The position numbers and the translations under genes were made by a program. A stretch of 55,485 bases of DNA from Chiloscyllium plagiosum (taxonomy: Eukaryota): positions 9,358,623 to 9,414,107 of the forward strand of contig NC_057758.1 in the NCBI RefSeq assembly GCF_004010195.1, written 5' to 3'. Below, one piece after another: positions 1 to 11,455 of the stretch (its first letter is position 1; the number at the start of each line of letters is the position of its first letter). Under the pieces are notes generated by a model. That model made no database searches, was not told the origin of the DNA, and worked only from the letters and a program-made list of their open reading frames with translations.

Positions 1-751
1 ACGCTTCCGGTTGTCACTTCCAGCTGTCCGCTGCAGTGGCCGGTATATTGGGTCCAGGTCCAAGTCCAGAACACCGAATGGATAATTCACCACAAAGGTG
101 TACAGGAAAGCCACACACACAGACCAAGTCCTAAACCACGAAAGCAACCACCCCAACACACACAAAAGAAGTTGCATCCAGACACTGTTCAAAAGGGCCA
201 CAACACACTGCAGNNNNNNNNNNNNNNNNNNNNNNNNNNNNNNNNNNNNNNNNNNNNNNNNNNNNNNNNNNNNNNNNNNNNNNNNNNNNNNNNNNNNNNN
301 NNNNNNNNNNNNNNNNNNNNNNNNNNNNNNNNNNNNNNNNNNNNNNNNNNNNNNNNNNNNNNNNNNNNNNNNNNNNNNNNNNNNNNNNNNNNNNNNNNNN
401 NNNNNNNNNNNNNNNNNNNNNNNNNNNNNNNNNNNNNNNNNNNNNNNNNNNNNNNNNNNNNNNNNNNNNNNNNNNNNNNNNNNNNNNNTCCACAGATTCA
501 ATCAATAAGCACATCGACCTGGACCCAATATACCGGTCACTGCAGCTGACAGCTGGAACTGACAACCGGAAGCGGCAGAGACAAACCACTATTTATGCCG
601 GAAGAAACATCACAGAAGCGCTTCACAGGAGGCTCCCAAGCACTGAGGGTGTCACCCAGACAGGGGACGAAACGTCTGCAACTCAAATTCCCAGCTCGGC
701 GAACAGAACCACAACAACGAGCACCCGAGCTACAAATCTTCTCCCAAACTT
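1..751 (+). mobile_element. Penelope/Poseidon-like retroelement 3' part, preceded by an inverted piece (1-60)
   Basis: [16 protein letters not shown] and INKHIDLDPIY coding remnants; 1-60 is the reverse complement of about 516-575. Confidence 0.85.
214..488. other. Assembly gap (N run) inside a Penelope-like element
   Basis: Run of Ns; both flanks are colinear with the PLE copy at 21865-22801. Confidence 0.99.
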
Positions 752-2030
752 TGATCTATGTACCTGGACATCGAGATCTCTCTACTTATCTGGACTCCTT
801 AGAATCCATAGCCCAATACTCTGCATTCGTGTTACTTCATCCAAAGTGAATCACCTCACACTTTTTCGCATGAACTTCCGTTTTTCACCTCTTCGCCCAG
901 CTTTTCAGCTTATCTATGTCTCTCTTTAACCTGCAACGTCGTTCGTCATTATCTACAACTCTACCGGCATTAGTGTCATTCTCAAACTTAATAAATCCTT
1001 CTATGCCCTAATCCAGGTCGTTTATATAAATGAAAAACAACAGTGGACCCAAAACAGATACTTGTGGTTCCCTACTAGTAACTGAACTGCAAGATGAATA
1101 TTTCCCATTAACCACCACCTTCTGTCTTCTTTCAACTAGCCAATTTCTGATAGCTCTTCCTCTATTTCCCGTTGGCATCTGGGAGACTGTAATGGAATTC
1201 CAGCTTTCGGAGCGCATCCTTCCTATTACTGAGACTTATCCATAAAACCTCGTTGCAAGATCATTCCTTGGTGTTGTCCCTCAACACACTTGGTATTTGT
1301 TCCTTAAGGCGACGGCCCCACCTATTTCGCTTCCTCTCTTGTCTCATCCGAAACATCCAATTCCCAGAAAGTTAAGCTGTCAGGCCTTTCCCTTTTCAAT
1401 CACGGCTTTGCGACAGCAACATCATAGTTGTGTGAAATAAACTCGACTCTAAGTTCATCCACTTTGCCTGTTATATTTCTCGCAATGAAACAAATAGTTT
1501 ACAAACCTAAATTCCACTTGACCATGGTAAACCTCTCCCTGTCGGCTCTTCATCTTAATTATGTTTGCGTTTGTCTCAAGCTCCTCTCCAGTCTCTCTAC
1601 TTAAATTACCTGTTGCAATGGTTCCCGCACACCCATTCCCGCCAAGCTAGTTCAAATGCTCCAGAATGCTACTATCAAAAGTCTCAGTTGGTATTGTAAT
1701 GTTCACAAAGTTTAGGCGTGAGAAGTTCTTGTTGAAAAGGTCGTGTCTTCCCTTGAAGACAAACCAACGATCCACTTACTTGGAATGAACGCCATCTCAC
1801 GCACAACCAGCCAATTAACCATTTGGTCAATGTAATTGGTCTCCGTTACTCACCTCAGTAACACTTATATGGTGAGTAATTCTGAGATTACTACCCCAGA
1901 GGTCCTGCTTTTTTTAGTCCATTACCAAACTCCCTGCATTGTAGTTCCAGGTCTTCCTACCTACATCATTGCTGCCAATGTTGACACTGAAATCTGTCTA
2001 TCTGTCCTCCCATTTCGAAATGCTCAGAAG
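752..2030 (-). mobile_element. Decayed CR1 LINE fragments
   Basis: Minus-strand PQVSVLGPLLFFIYINDLD RT motif at 1008-1150; further degenerate CR1-like sequence beyond. Confidence 0.7.
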
Positions 2031-2259
2031 CCTAGCGTTTGTTTAAAACTACTACAGCAACTAAGTTCATAGTTAAACATATGATCTATCAATTTGGTTT
2101 CTTTCCAGAAATTGTTTTGTGTTAGAATTAGCAATTGTAACAACAGATTCAAATGTTTTGGTATCAACTAATTCCTTCTGTTACACGTTTAAACACTTCA
2201 ACTACTTTATCTCAATGACTTATCTTTTTCTCGTATAAGCCTGGTCCATAGCATTAGAT

Positions 2260-2386
2260 TCCTGAAGAAGGACTTATGCCCGAAACGTCGATTCTTCTGT
2301 TCCTTGGATGCTGCCTGATCTGCTGCGCTTTTCCAGCAACACATTTTCAGCTCTGATCTCCAGCATCTGCGGTCCTCACTTTCTCC
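2260..2386 (+). mobile_element. Short PLE-derived terminal-repeat insertion with minimal hammerhead motif
   Basis: 14-bp TSD CCATAGCATTAGAT (2246-2259 / 2387-2400); CTGAAGA-A-GGAC-TTAT-GCCC-GAAA-CGTC at 2262-2289. Confidence 0.85.
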
Positions 2387-2450
2387 CCATAGCATTAGAT
2401 GCCATCAGAGTGAAAATGTATTTTTTTAATTAGGACCGTACTAAGTGCAA

Positions 2451-2499
2451 CCAATGATATGAAATAATTGTGTCTCTAGAGGTGAATACCAGATATAAA
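2451..2499 (+). promoter_or_regulatory. Candidate CCAAT (2451-2455) and TATA box (TATAAA 2494-2499) of GPCR gene A
   Basis: Motifs lie about 110 and 65 nt upstream of the exon-1 ATG; motif match only. Confidence 0.45.
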
Positions 2500-2561
2500 T
2501 ACGTGCAGCACAATGCTTACTTCAAAAGCCAGATGGTAATAATTCATTATTCTCACAGAAA

Positions 2562-2631
2562 ATGCATGCTCCTGCAAGAGCGCCGATATTTGTACTTTAT
2601 TACTCAGCCCTTGCTACTTTCGGAGTTCCAG
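2562..2631 (+). CDS. GPR139-like GPCR gene A, coding exon 1 (MHAPARAPIFVLYYSALATFGVP)
   Basis: ATG at 2562, YY..L...G.P TM1 motif, phase-1 donor G|GTAAAT; joins in frame to 4400 giving GVP-A-NLVT. Confidence 0.9.
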
Positions 2632-3144
2632 GTAAATTATGAGAATACAGTATTATTGACATACTGATGTTTAAAAGTGCGTTTGTGGAATAGTTGGGGA
2701 TTGATTATATCCTCAGCTGATTGATAAAGATTTCATTTAATCAGTGAAACATCGTAATACCCTTAACCTTTTTGTTGTTCTTGCTGAAGTAAACGTTAGC
2801 TGACTTTCTGAGTCAGTGAACAATGGCAATCAATGGTGTTCATTCTAGTTTCGAAGGTTTTTTTTTAATATTCCCAATCTGGTTCATTCAGATGTTTATG
2901 ACGGATGTTTTAGCGATCATATCTACTTTATGTAATTTACTTTATTTCTTTATGACCATTTTTTTTTCATTTCTAGTCTTTGTTTTGTACACGTTCGTGG
3001 AAGAAGTGCACCATTGGTTGGGTCAGCACGTATTAGCCAACCCTAGCTTCCCTTCTGAAGATGGTGATTAAATTGTCGTTTTGAACCACTGCAGTTCCCT
3101 TTATGCGATTGTTCCGAAGTGTTGTTCAGGAATACTTAAGGAGT

Positions 3145-3344
3145 CGGAAAATATAGCGTTGGAAAAGCACAGGAGGTGAGGCAGTATCTGAGGAGATGGA
3201 GTATCAGGCATAAGCACATCCTGATGAAGGGCTTATACTCGAAACGTCTACTATCCAGCTCCTGGTATGCTGCCTGATATGCCATGTTTTCCAGTGCCAC
3301 ACTTCAGCACTGGCTGTCCAGCGTCTGCAGCCCTCACTTTCTCC
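3145..3344 (+). mobile_element. Degenerate palindromic PLE-derived short element in the gene A intron
   Basis: Imperfect inverted arms; CTGATGA-A-GGGC-TTAT-ACTC-GAAA-CGTC at 3221-3248; ends in CTCACTTTCTCC like the other copies. Confidence 0.7.
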
Positions 3345-4399
3345 GAGGTAATTACAGGGTACTGAAATGTTGACATTGAAGGAGTGGTAATATGTTTCCA
3401 GGTCGTGGTGAGGAGTAAATTGAAGGAGACCTTGCAGGTGCTGGTATTGCAAATGATCTTCTTTCCTTCCCCCTCTGTCAGCGATTGTCCACGGGTTTAG
3501 CGTGTTCTTTCTTCAGGGTCTTTGTAAATTCGTGCAGCGCATCTTGGAGATGATACAGACAGCCGCGAATTTCACTTACTTCTGAAGGAAGTGAATGTTC
3601 ATTTAGATGTTGACAACCAATAGGGCTACGCATTTTCCTGAGAAACAGTGAAGATTGTTGTTGGAACTATACACGTCCAGTAACCATTACATTGCACACC
3701 TACTGCCATACAGAAGATGTGCAAGTAGTGAAGATTCATTAACTGAAAAACGCAAGCATGTTCTCTGCTATCTTGATTTGCGATGCCAAATGCCTCGCAC
3801 GTGAGTGGCGCGAGTATTTCCTACTTCACAGTCCTACTGCAATTCAACGTGGTCTGTTTCTGAATCTAATGAGCTGTGAATTATATTTTCGTAAGTGAAT
3901 GCCTGAGATCTGTCTGTAACTTGAGGGAAAGATTGTTGATGAAACAATTAAAGTGGATTTCGTCTTGTTGATACAGTTATTGTCATTGTTTACTATGATC
4001 GGATATGATTCAATATGCTTTCCCTCACCATTATAGCATCGCTACTCCAAATTCCGGTTGTGAAATGAAGTTCAATTCATGACATTTATTTATTATAGCA
4101 AGGCACTAAGCAGGAAGATTCTGAAGAAACTTTCTTTCCTGTGTTCAGTTTTTCTTTGGGATCAACATTTTCATTCGTGACCCTTCGGAAATACATGCTC
4201 AAACACTTATTTTCGTTTTGAATCCAACATAACTGTTACAAATTGCATGTTATCCTTTCGCCAAATGAACAATGCCATTTTCCATTTCATCTGTCTATCT
4301 GTAAGTTTCTCTCTCTCTGTCTCTGTCTCTACTTGTCTGTCCGTCTCACTCAATCTCTCCCTCTCACACTCATTTTATCTCGCACTCTGTCTCTTACAG

Positions 4400-5310
4400 C
4401 CAACCTGGTGACAATAGCTATACTCTCCCGAGGAAGATGTGGGCTCTCAGGATGCATCACTCGATATCTAATTTCCATGGCGGCCACAGATCTCCTTGTT
4501 ATTATCGCTGCAGTGATTTTAAGTCGGCTTCTGGCAATTTACTTTCCAGCTAGTTTAATAAACGCCACAACAGGATGTCGTCTCATAATTCTTCTTGTCT
4601 ACGCTTCCCGAAACTGCTCTGTCTGGTTGACTGTCGCTTTCACCTTTGATCGGTTCATAACCATTTGTTACCAGAAGCAGAAAACGAAATACTGTACAGA
4701 GAAAGTAGCATCTTTCGTTATAGCAATCGTCTGCGTGCTGTGCTGTTCAGTAAACATTCCATTTTACTTCATATATGAGCCCTTATATACCATTGATAGC
4801 GTAGGCTGGTACTGCAACATTAAGGAGATCTTTTACACATCTGTTGTTTGGAGAATGCTTGAAACTTTAGACCGTATTCAAACTCCATGTCTACCGTTCG
4901 TCCTTATTTTACTCCTTAATGCACTGACTGTCAGACACATCATAGCTGCTGGTAGATCCCGCAGGAGACTCCGATCCCACAGCAATGAAAATAATAAGCG
5001 TGACACAGAAATGGAGAGCAGGAGAAAGTCCATCATCTTACTCTTTGCAATCTCAGGCAGTTTCCTGCTGTTGTGGTTGACGTACATTGTGTATTTTCTA
5101 TTTGTGAAGATTTCAGGGAACAGATTTTTAATCGGTTCCAATCTCAATGATCCCAAATTTATTCTGCAGGAAAGCGGGTACATGCTGCAACTCTTAAGTT
5201 CATGCACGAACACGTGCATTTATGCAGTGACACAGACAAAATTTCGAGGTCAGTTGAAAGATGCTTTCAACTACTTCTCCAAACTGATGACGAAATGTCA
5301 TAAACAGTGA
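4400..5310 (+). CDS. GPR139-like class A GPCR gene A, coding exon 2 (326 aa spliced)
   Basis: CT-rich tract and CTCTTACAG acceptor (AG 4398-4399); 7TM pattern with MAATDLL, SVWLTVAFTFDRF, LPFVLILLLN, NTCIY, KFR; stop TGA at 5308-5310. The first 52 aa of the ORF-track entry are intronic. Confidence 0.93.
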
Positions 5311-5729
5311 GGCCGACTGAATTGATGTGACTTTTGAAGTTCACAAAGCCCACACATAGCAGTATAAATCTTTAGCTCAGCAATTCTGGCATACGGGTCA
5401 TCATAATGCCCAGGTTTGTTAATTCACGCCAATGGCAGCCAAGTCAACCCCTAATATCGCTTTAGAAATTCATTGCAACCAAATGTCAAGGAGATAGTTT
5501 CTCAAGTTTTCACCTCTTCTGCCAAGTGCAAACGCTTACCAAAAAGCGATTTCCTTTTGAAATGGAGTTGATTGATGCATCTGTGAAATCTGGATGAAAG
5601 GATAACCGTGGTCGTCTTTGTGAAAAGCAGTGAAAAGTAATGAGGTGATTTTGTTTGAAAAAAAAGGTGCATAAATGTAACTTCACGCACTAAGAATGGC
5701 TCTCATGTTAAACGTTAGAAATAAATCAA

Positions 5730-6210
5730 ATATAATTCTCGTTAAGATTGTGACTTGACTTCCTGAGGGCTTCATACCTCTGAATTGTAGAAGACACCAT
5801 CTGGATTGCATTTCAAATGCAACTTTCTGTCAAACATCACAGTCTGAGAGTCATAGAGCTGTGCATCACAGAAACAGACACTTCGGTCAAATTGGGAGAA
5901 AGTGAGGACTGCAGATGCTGAAGAAGGGCTTATGCACGAAACGTCAATTCTCCTGCTCCTTGGATGCTGCCTGACCTGCTGCGCTTTTCCAGCCACACAT
6001 TTTTCAGCTCTGATCTCCAGCATCTGCAGTCCCCACTTTCTCCCAGTTTGACCGAAGTGTCTGTTTCTGTGATGCACAGCTCTATGACTCTCAGACTCTG
6101 TGATGTTTGACAGAAAGTTGCATTTGAAATGCAATCCAGATCGTGTCTTCTACAATTCAGAGGTATGAAGCCCTCAGGAAGTCAAATCACAATCTTAACG
6201 AGAATTATAT
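5730..6210. repeat. Inverted repeat, about 190-bp arms (5730-5920 / 6018-6210)
   Basis: Arms are reverse complements with about 4 substitutions and one 2-bp indel. Confidence 0.95.
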
Positions 6211-6236
6211 GCGCTTTTCCAGCAACACATTTTTCA
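5895..6236 (+). mobile_element. Composite hammerhead-bearing short-element insertion containing an inverted copy of the upstream flank
   Basis: 15-bp TSD ACTTCGGTCAAATTG (5880-5894 / 6237-6251) within a minus-strand CR1 tail; hammerhead motif at 5918-5945. Confidence 0.8.
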
Positions 6237-8744
6237 ACTTCGGTCAAATTGCCCATACTGACCAGACATCCAAAATGAATGTACTCCCGTTTACCAGCAC
6301 TTGGCCCATATCCCTCTACACATTTTCTGTTGAAAATTCCAACCAGATGCCTTTAAAACGTGATTGTACCAGGCTCTGTCACTTCCTCTTGCAGCTCAGC
6401 CCATAAATGCACCATCAGCTCTGTGAAAATGTTGCCCTTTACGCCCCTTCCACTCTCACCCGAAACCTATGTCCTCCATGTCTGGATCCGCCCAATCTAG
6501 GGAAAGGATCTTGTCTATTTATCCTATCCATGCATCTCATGATCTTAAAAACCTCTATAATGTAACCCCTCAGCCAGCGAAACTCCAGGGAAGATAGCCT
6601 CAGTATACTCAGCCTCCCCCTTTTGCTCAAATCCTCAACGCTGACAACAAACTTCTCAAACTTTACTGAGCCCTTTCAAGTTTCTCAACATCTGTCCGAT
6701 GGTTGGGACAACAGAATTGCCTCTAGTGTTCCAAAAGTTGCCTTAGCAATGTCCTGTACAGCCGAAACACGAACTCCCAACTCCAGTTCTCAATGTACTA
6801 ACAAGAAGTGAGCATCCTGAAAAGAAAATGAGCTCGGAAAGGGCTTATGGAGAGTGATAGAGAAACAAGCACACGCAGTACATCAAAATAGGCTCAGCGG
6901 ATAACCAAAAGAGTACAAGGATTAAGGAAAGTAAATGAACAGAAATAATAGAATTGATAGCCGCAATTATAATGACGAATTCCATTAACTCCATGCATTT
7001 ATTCAGTTATCTGTCAAATGATGGAGTAAACAATAAACTTTTGTCTGACATCCTTTCAAAGTTTATATGTTGTCAAGATGACAACCACTTGATTTTTTTC
7101 CCTAAACGATATGAAAAAATTGTTTAAATTGCATCATTATTTACATTTCGTTACCACTCTGAGATAAAATAATTTCGCTTTTTTAATATTGTTGAGCGAA
7201 GCAGCCAAGGTGTCTTAAGATCAATTTTGAAAATTTAAGTAGCCCTAATGTCGTAAATGCTTCTTCATTTGACCGATTCGTCTGTTGATGGGTTTCAATT
7301 CTTTAGAACTTTTGTTCAATGGAATTTTGAAGCTAATATTAATCAGGAGGAAGCTGTAGATGAGACCGATCCAAGTAAAGTCGGTGATTGGAGCTGTATG
7401 TGTGAGTCTATGTAAGGGAGCGTTATGACATTTGTTGTGAACTAGATGTAAATTTTGTTTACACAGTTTTGATTCCAAGTCTCAGGTTCAATTTCGGTCA
7501 AATTGGCCATACTGACCATACATCCAAACTGAATGTACTCCCGTTTACCAGCACTTGGCCCATATCCCTCCACACACTTTCTGTTGAAAATTCCAACCAG
7601 ATGCCTTTAAAACGTGATTGTACCAGGCTCGGTCACTTCCTCTTGCAGCTCAGCCCATAAATGCACCATCAGCACTGTGAAATGTTGCCCTTTACGCCCC
7701 TTCCACTCTCACCCGAAACCTATGTCCTCCATGTCTGGATCCGCCCAATCTATGGAAAGGACTTTGTCTATTTACCCTATCCATGCATCTCATGATCTTA
7801 AAAACCTCTGTAATGTAACCCCTCAGCCAGCGAAACTCCAGGGAAGATAGCCTCAGTCTACTCAGCCTCCCCCTTTTGCTCAAATCCTCCAACGCTGACA
7901 ACAAACTTCTCAATCTTTACTGAGCCCTTTCAAGTTTCTCAACATCCGTCAAATGGTTGGGACCACAGAATTGCCTCTAGTGTTCCAAAAGTTGCCTTAG
8001 CAATGTCCTGTACAGCCGAAACACGAACTCCCAACTCCAGTTCTCAATGTACTAACAAGAAGCGAGCATCCTGAAAAGAAAATGAGCTCGGAAAGGGCTT
8101 ATGGAGAGTAATAGAGAAAAAAGCACATGCAGTACATCAAAATAGGCTCAGCAGATAACCAAAAAAGGGTACAAGGATTAAGGAAAGTAAATGAACAGAA
8201 ATAATAGAATTGATAGCCGCAATTATAATGACTAATTCCATTAACTCCATGCATTTATTCAGTTATCTATCAAATGATGGAGTAAACAATAAACTTTTGT
8301 CTGACATCCTTTCAAAGTTCATATGTTGTCAAGATGACAACCACTTGAATTTTTTCCCTAAACGATATGAAAAAATTGTTTAAATTGCATCATTATTTAC
8401 ATTTCATTGCCACTCTGAGATAAAATAATTTCGCTTTTTTAATATTGTTGAGCGAAGCAGCCAAGGTGTCTGAAGATCAATTTTGAAAATTTAAGTAGCC
8501 CTAATGTCGTAAATGCTTCTTCATTTGACCGATTCGTCTGTTGATGGGTTTCAATTCTTTAGAACTTTTGTTCAATGGAATTTTGAAGCTAATATTAATC
8601 AGGAGGAAGCTGTAGATGAGACCGATCCAAGTAAAGTCGGTGATTGGAGCTGTATGTGTGAGTCTATGTAAGGGAGCGTTATGACATTTGTTGTGAACTA
8701 GATGTAAATTTTGTTTACACAGTTTTGATTCTAAGTCTCAGGTT
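6233..8744. repeat. Tandem duplication, about 1.25-kb unit (6233-7488 / 7487-8744), each with a minus-strand CR1 3' fragment plus unique DNA
   Basis: Near-identical sequence at an offset of about 1254-1256; paired ORFs 6439-6630 and 7692-7913. Confidence 0.95.
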
Positions 8745-8930
8745 GACAAGGACCATTTCCTCGTCATATGTAAAATCTCTTTTTTAAAGTTAATGTTATT
8801 GTTAAATTATAAAGCCTTATTGAATAGTTTAGTGTTTATGTAAAAACAGAGCATGGAAGCATGCTATTCACTTAGTCATGCCTTGGCTCGCATTTGACAC
8901 AAATATCCATGAACACGCTGGATCCATTGT

Positions 8931-9225
8931 CAGCACTGCTACCTCATAGCATCAGGTACCGAGGTTCGAATCCAGCCTCGGGCAACCATACATGTGGAGT
9001 TTGCACATTCTCGCGTGGACTGTGTGGGTTTCGTCCAAGTGCTCAGTTTCCTCCCACAATTCAAAGATGTGCAGCATCGGTGAATTGGCCATGCTACATT
9101 TCCCATAAGTTTCAGGAATGTTTAGTTGCATTAGTCGGGGCTAAATGTAAGGTAGGTGGGTTACACTCTATGGAGGGTCTGTGTGGACTTGTTGGGCTGA
9201 CGAGCCTCTTTCCAAACTGTAGGGA
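8931..9225 (+). mobile_element. Degenerate HE1-like tRNA-derived SINE
   Basis: B box GGTTCGAATCC, body GTGGAGTTTGCACATTCT..CTCCCACA..AAAGATGTGC; colinear with 38956-39254. Confidence 0.8.
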
Positions 9226-10864
9226 GTCCATTACATTATTTCTCCATTTCCGTGTATTTTATTTTCCTTTCATGTCCTATATCCAATTTTTATGCACGTT
9301 GATGCTGAATCATCCTTTGAGTACATTCTGGATCACAATGACAGTGCTCAGGAGAATTGTTTGATGATATCGCTTCTAATTCTTATGTCAATCTCATTAA
9401 ATTTGTGTCCTCTGTCCATGAGCCTTTCGGCCACTGAACGCAGTTGCTCTTTATTTAATTTTTCCTTGCACTTCGCTTCAGATTTCACTGCTGAAAGGAA
9501 ACTTTCGCACATTCACAAATGTAATAAAATGTTGATTATGTAAATCAGAAACAAATTCCTGAATAAACACATCAGTTTGAGCAGCATTTGTGTTGTATCA
9601 TTAGACTTAGAATGAGAACTTTGCTTCGATCTTCACAGCTGCAGCCAGTTCGACCAATTTTCCCCAGTATTTTGTGTTTTTATCCCAAATTATCCACTCT
9701 AGCTCATAGCCCCCATTCTGGAAACCAATCCAATAAATCTCATTTGCATCTACTTCATAACCTTTTATCCTACCTAAAAAAAAACTGCAGCGGCAGCTTC
9801 GCTAATATTTGCATGTTTTTACCATCTCTAGGTCTTTGTCTCAATTTATAACATCTGTTTTCCCACATGCTCTGAACCATGTTATTCTGTTTAAAGATTT
9901 GTGCATGAAGATCTCCAAATCCTGAATATTGTATTATTTTGGGTTATATTCTGATTGAGAAAAACAAGTAACTTCCACTGTACAACTTGTCTGCGTTGAA
10001 TTTCATATCCCAAGTGTATTAATTTCACGAGCTTCTTTGCGTTCCCTTGAATGTATTAGTATTTTCCATTCCTTTTACTACATTTTGAAGTTTCCAAATT
10101 TGCCATGACCGGCACGAGAAATAATCACCACTGTTTCCAGAGTTATCGTAAATGTGAAAATTTGATTAAACTAACTAAGTGCCCTAATTCAGTTGACTGT
10201 CTAATTCAGGCCACACCAAGCTTTTTTTCAATCATTGACGAGAGAAAAAAAACAGTTTATTGTTCGCAGACAGCTTTAACCAATGAAGTAAATATAGAAA
10301 AAGCTGGAGATACTCATTAGTTCTGACGCATCTGTGGAGAGAGAAACAGTTAACATTTCAAATCTGGAATGAAACTTCTTCAGTGTTCTCTGTTCATTTC
10401 AGATTGCTAATATTTGCAGTGTTGTGCCTTCATTTAAGTTTTAACCAAGAGCAAGAAAGAAATATGATTTGCTAACTTATAATTCCTTACTGTGAACTTC
10501 CACTTTCTTAAACAAAAATGTCCCATAGGCAAACAGGCAGATGCACAAGCAAGACACATCTTACAGTCGGGGAAGGAACAAGACAGTCGATGAAAGACGC
10601 ATGATGTCCTGCCTCGATTTGCTTAACTTCTCTTCCAGTTCCTTTTAACTGAGAAGATGTTATTCTGGACTTTACAATTGTCACTTTTCCTTTCGTTGCT
10701 TCAGGCTTCAATCTTGCAACATTTCCTTCTTTGACTTTCAAGAAAACAATTGTCAGAGAGAGAAGGTAGCTTTCAGAAGTATCGTTTTTTTCCTGATTCT
10801 CAGAAGGGAGAGAGAGAAAGGGACAGAGAGCGAGAGAGAGAAAGAGAGATGCATTTCACTTCTC

Positions 10865-11455
10865 CACAGGCCTCCCAACTCCTGTACTCAATGCACTGAC
10901 AAATAAAGACAATTGTACCGTATCCAATTTATCTGTGACTCCACATTCAAGGAATTATCAACATGAATTCCAAGATCTTTGTTCAGCAACATGCCCCAGA
11001 ACTTGGCATTAATTCTGTACTTCCTACTGTGATTTGCCTTTCCAAAATGAAGCAAATCATATGATCTAAATTAAACTCCAAAGAATTTCCACCGTTCTGC
11101 CCTCAACAATACTTTTCGTTGCTTCGTCAAAAAACTCAATTAATGAAACACGATTTGTCACGCACAAAGTCATGTTGACTATCCCTAATCAGTTATTGTC
11201 TTTCCAATCACATGTAAATTCTGCCCCTCCGGATTTCCTCCAAAGATTTACCCACCTCCTCTGTCACGCTCACTGGTTTATCGTTCCCTGGTTTTCGCTT
11301 ACCACCTCATTTAAAAGGTAGCAAAATGTTAACCAACCTCTAGTTTTTCAGTTTGTGGTCATCAATGATGCAAATGTCGCAAAAGGGCCCGAGCAATCAT
11401 TTCCGTGGCTTTCAACAGATGTCTAGGCCAAACCTGATCAGGTCTCGGGTACTTA
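10865..11455 (-). mobile_element. Old CR1 RT fragments
   Basis: Degenerate similarity to the minus-strand CR1 at 12000-12930. Confidence 0.6.

Noticed and set aside
4243..4399. N-terminal 52 aa of ORF 4243-5310 (and 52677-52740 of ORF 52677-53651) as true protein starts
   Set aside because: Non-ATG starts that read through polypyrimidine tracts; proper acceptors and upstream exons exist.
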